Shown: positions 62,446 through 64,000 of the stretch, one piece after another | Numbering within the stretch: position 1 is the first letter of the stretch | How the letters are laid out: every line of letters begins with the position of its first letter | DNA from: Macrostomum lignano | Lineage: Eukaryota | Length of the DNA: 64,000 nt | Direction: 5' to 3' | NCBI GenBank assembly: GCA_002269645.1 | Contig: NIVC01000835.1 | Span: 62,001 to 126,000, forward strand | Notes under the pieces: model-generated | The model's input: the letters and a program-made list of their open reading frames with translations, nothing else | The model's database searches: none | Told to the model about the DNA's origin: nothing | Program-made: the position numbers and the translations under genes

Positions 62446-63199
62446 GAAATTTTCAAGTGAATTTATTGAAACCTCTTTCGTACACAGGCGCTATAAAATT
62501 ACTACTTTCCAAGGGCACTTGTAAGATTTTCAGTACCGGTACAAAAGGAATTATAATTTATTAATAAATTCATGCATACCAGCTGAATCATCAGAGATAA
62601 ACAGCCCTCTCATCCTAGAGTTACACGATTGACTTTTTCTCGTCAGATATTAGATATTAGTGAATCCTGCCGGAGTCACCACAGCCATATATACAGATAT
62701 TAAAAACCTACCCACAGTTGCTTGTGCAGCGTGCACTCTAACACTGCAGAATCTGTCTTTACGAACCCCAGCTCGACTCTATATAAACTTCTTTATACTC
62801 TCACACTGCTTACGTCGAGTATAGGCGCGGTACAAAAGCAAGAACAGGAATTGAAGAAAGTTTCCCATCAAAATGCAAATTACAAGCACGCCCCATCTCA
62901 AACTCCCGACTGCCCTTGACGCCAGCGCCGCTAACCCTTCCGAGTGTTCATTCCTCAGCCAGTCGATTCAGCTGTCCCTTATCCCAAGTTGGGAACATCC
63001 AATCCGACCAACTCCTATGCGAAACCCACCTCCCTTTCTAAAATAGATTTCTCCAAACTCGAAACTTGTTGAGTAGCTGAGCTGACAAGGTCAAGCTGCG
63101 AAGGTCAGCCATAATTTTTATACAGTTTGATTAGTTTACTCTGGCAAGTAGCTGAAAGAATATTTAAATAAAGCAGAAAACCGGAAAAAAGCAAGAGGG

Positions 63200-63580
63200 A
63201 AAAGGCGTGACAACTGGGGACAGAGGGATTTTAACGGAAGGAAAAAGGGGAAGTAGATAGAGAACGGAAAGAGAACGATGGTAAGAAGTGGAAAGAGTAA
63301 GAATGAAGAGGGTGGACAGAGGAAGAGAGTAGATGGCAGAGGGCGGAAAGAGTAAGAGGGTAGAAAGAGAAAAGAGAAAGTAGGTAGAGGACAGAAAAGA
63401 GGGTAGAAGGTAGATAGAAAGTAGATGGGGGAAAGAGAAAGACGTTAGAAGGCGGGGAGAGGAAAAAGAAAGAGGGCAGAGAGGGAAAGAGGGTAGAGGG
63501 CAGATAGAAAGAGGGCGGAGAGAGGAAGTGGGTAGAGGGCGGAAAAAGGAAAAGGGTAGAGGGCGGTAAGAATAGGTGGG
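63200..63580. repeat. GA-rich low-complexity tract
   Basis: Direct inspection. Confidence 0.75.
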
Positions 63581-64000
63581 TATATGAAACAGACGACAAG
63601 AAGACGACAAAGACTATAGGATATGTATTCAGCAACTTGGCAGGCTATTGTAGTAGAGGCTACCAGTAGTAGACAAAAATAATTTGAACCTGTAGGCTGC
63701 AATATAACTGTCGGCATTTTTCATCTCTAATAACTTCAGCTACTGCATGTATAATAATATTATAAAGCAAAGTTAACAAGCTTTTCTCGACGTTCAGCCG
63801 CACAGGCTAATGCGCAACACAGTTCCATAATACTGTCGGCAGAGATGACCCGGCAGTAAGAATGTAACGCAAAAGAAAGACTGCTTTCCATTCTGCGACA
63901 GGCGACTGCTTTTTCTTCTACTACTAGCCAACCTTGCGGCCCAGCGGGGATAATTGATTCCTCCGCCTCCGCACGCCCCAAGCGCAACAGGGGAGACGGG

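Noticed and set aside
63760-63987. 75-aa minus-strand ORF as the upstream neurobeachin exon
   Set aside because: No similarity to the expected preceding neurobeachin sequence and no suitable phase-1 donor identified.

Overview
Eukaryotic (animal, probably invertebrate) genomic DNA, with GC-rich exons inside AT-rich introns packed with minisatellites. The main feature is the 3' part of a neurobeachin/LRBA (BEACH-WD40) gene on the minus strand. I traced 18 exons from 61955 down to the stop at 13242. All have canonical AG/GT sites and consistent phases, and they total 5204 nt covering DUF4704, DUF1088, PH, BEACH and WD40 regions. The 5' end lies beyond the window. A single-exon mab-21 gene (38498-39682, plus strand) is nested antisense in its largest intron (29031-45933), matching the known MAB21L1/NBEA and MAB21L2/LRBA pairing. 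Less obvious features: a candidate 6-nt microexon and a candidate Ala-rich cassette exon in the BEACH-WD40 linker intron; a putative AKAP helix in a shortened linker; a complete tRNA-derived SINE with a 12-bp TSD whose hairpin covaries across three copies; a CORE-type SINE; a hAT/Charlie-like MITE family carrying an expanding GA tract; and a His/Gln-rich partial exon of a neighbouring gene at the left edge. Most long ORFs in the supplied track are tandem-repeat artefacts. Repeat-array ends are approximate, and all family assignments come from recalled motifs, not database searches.
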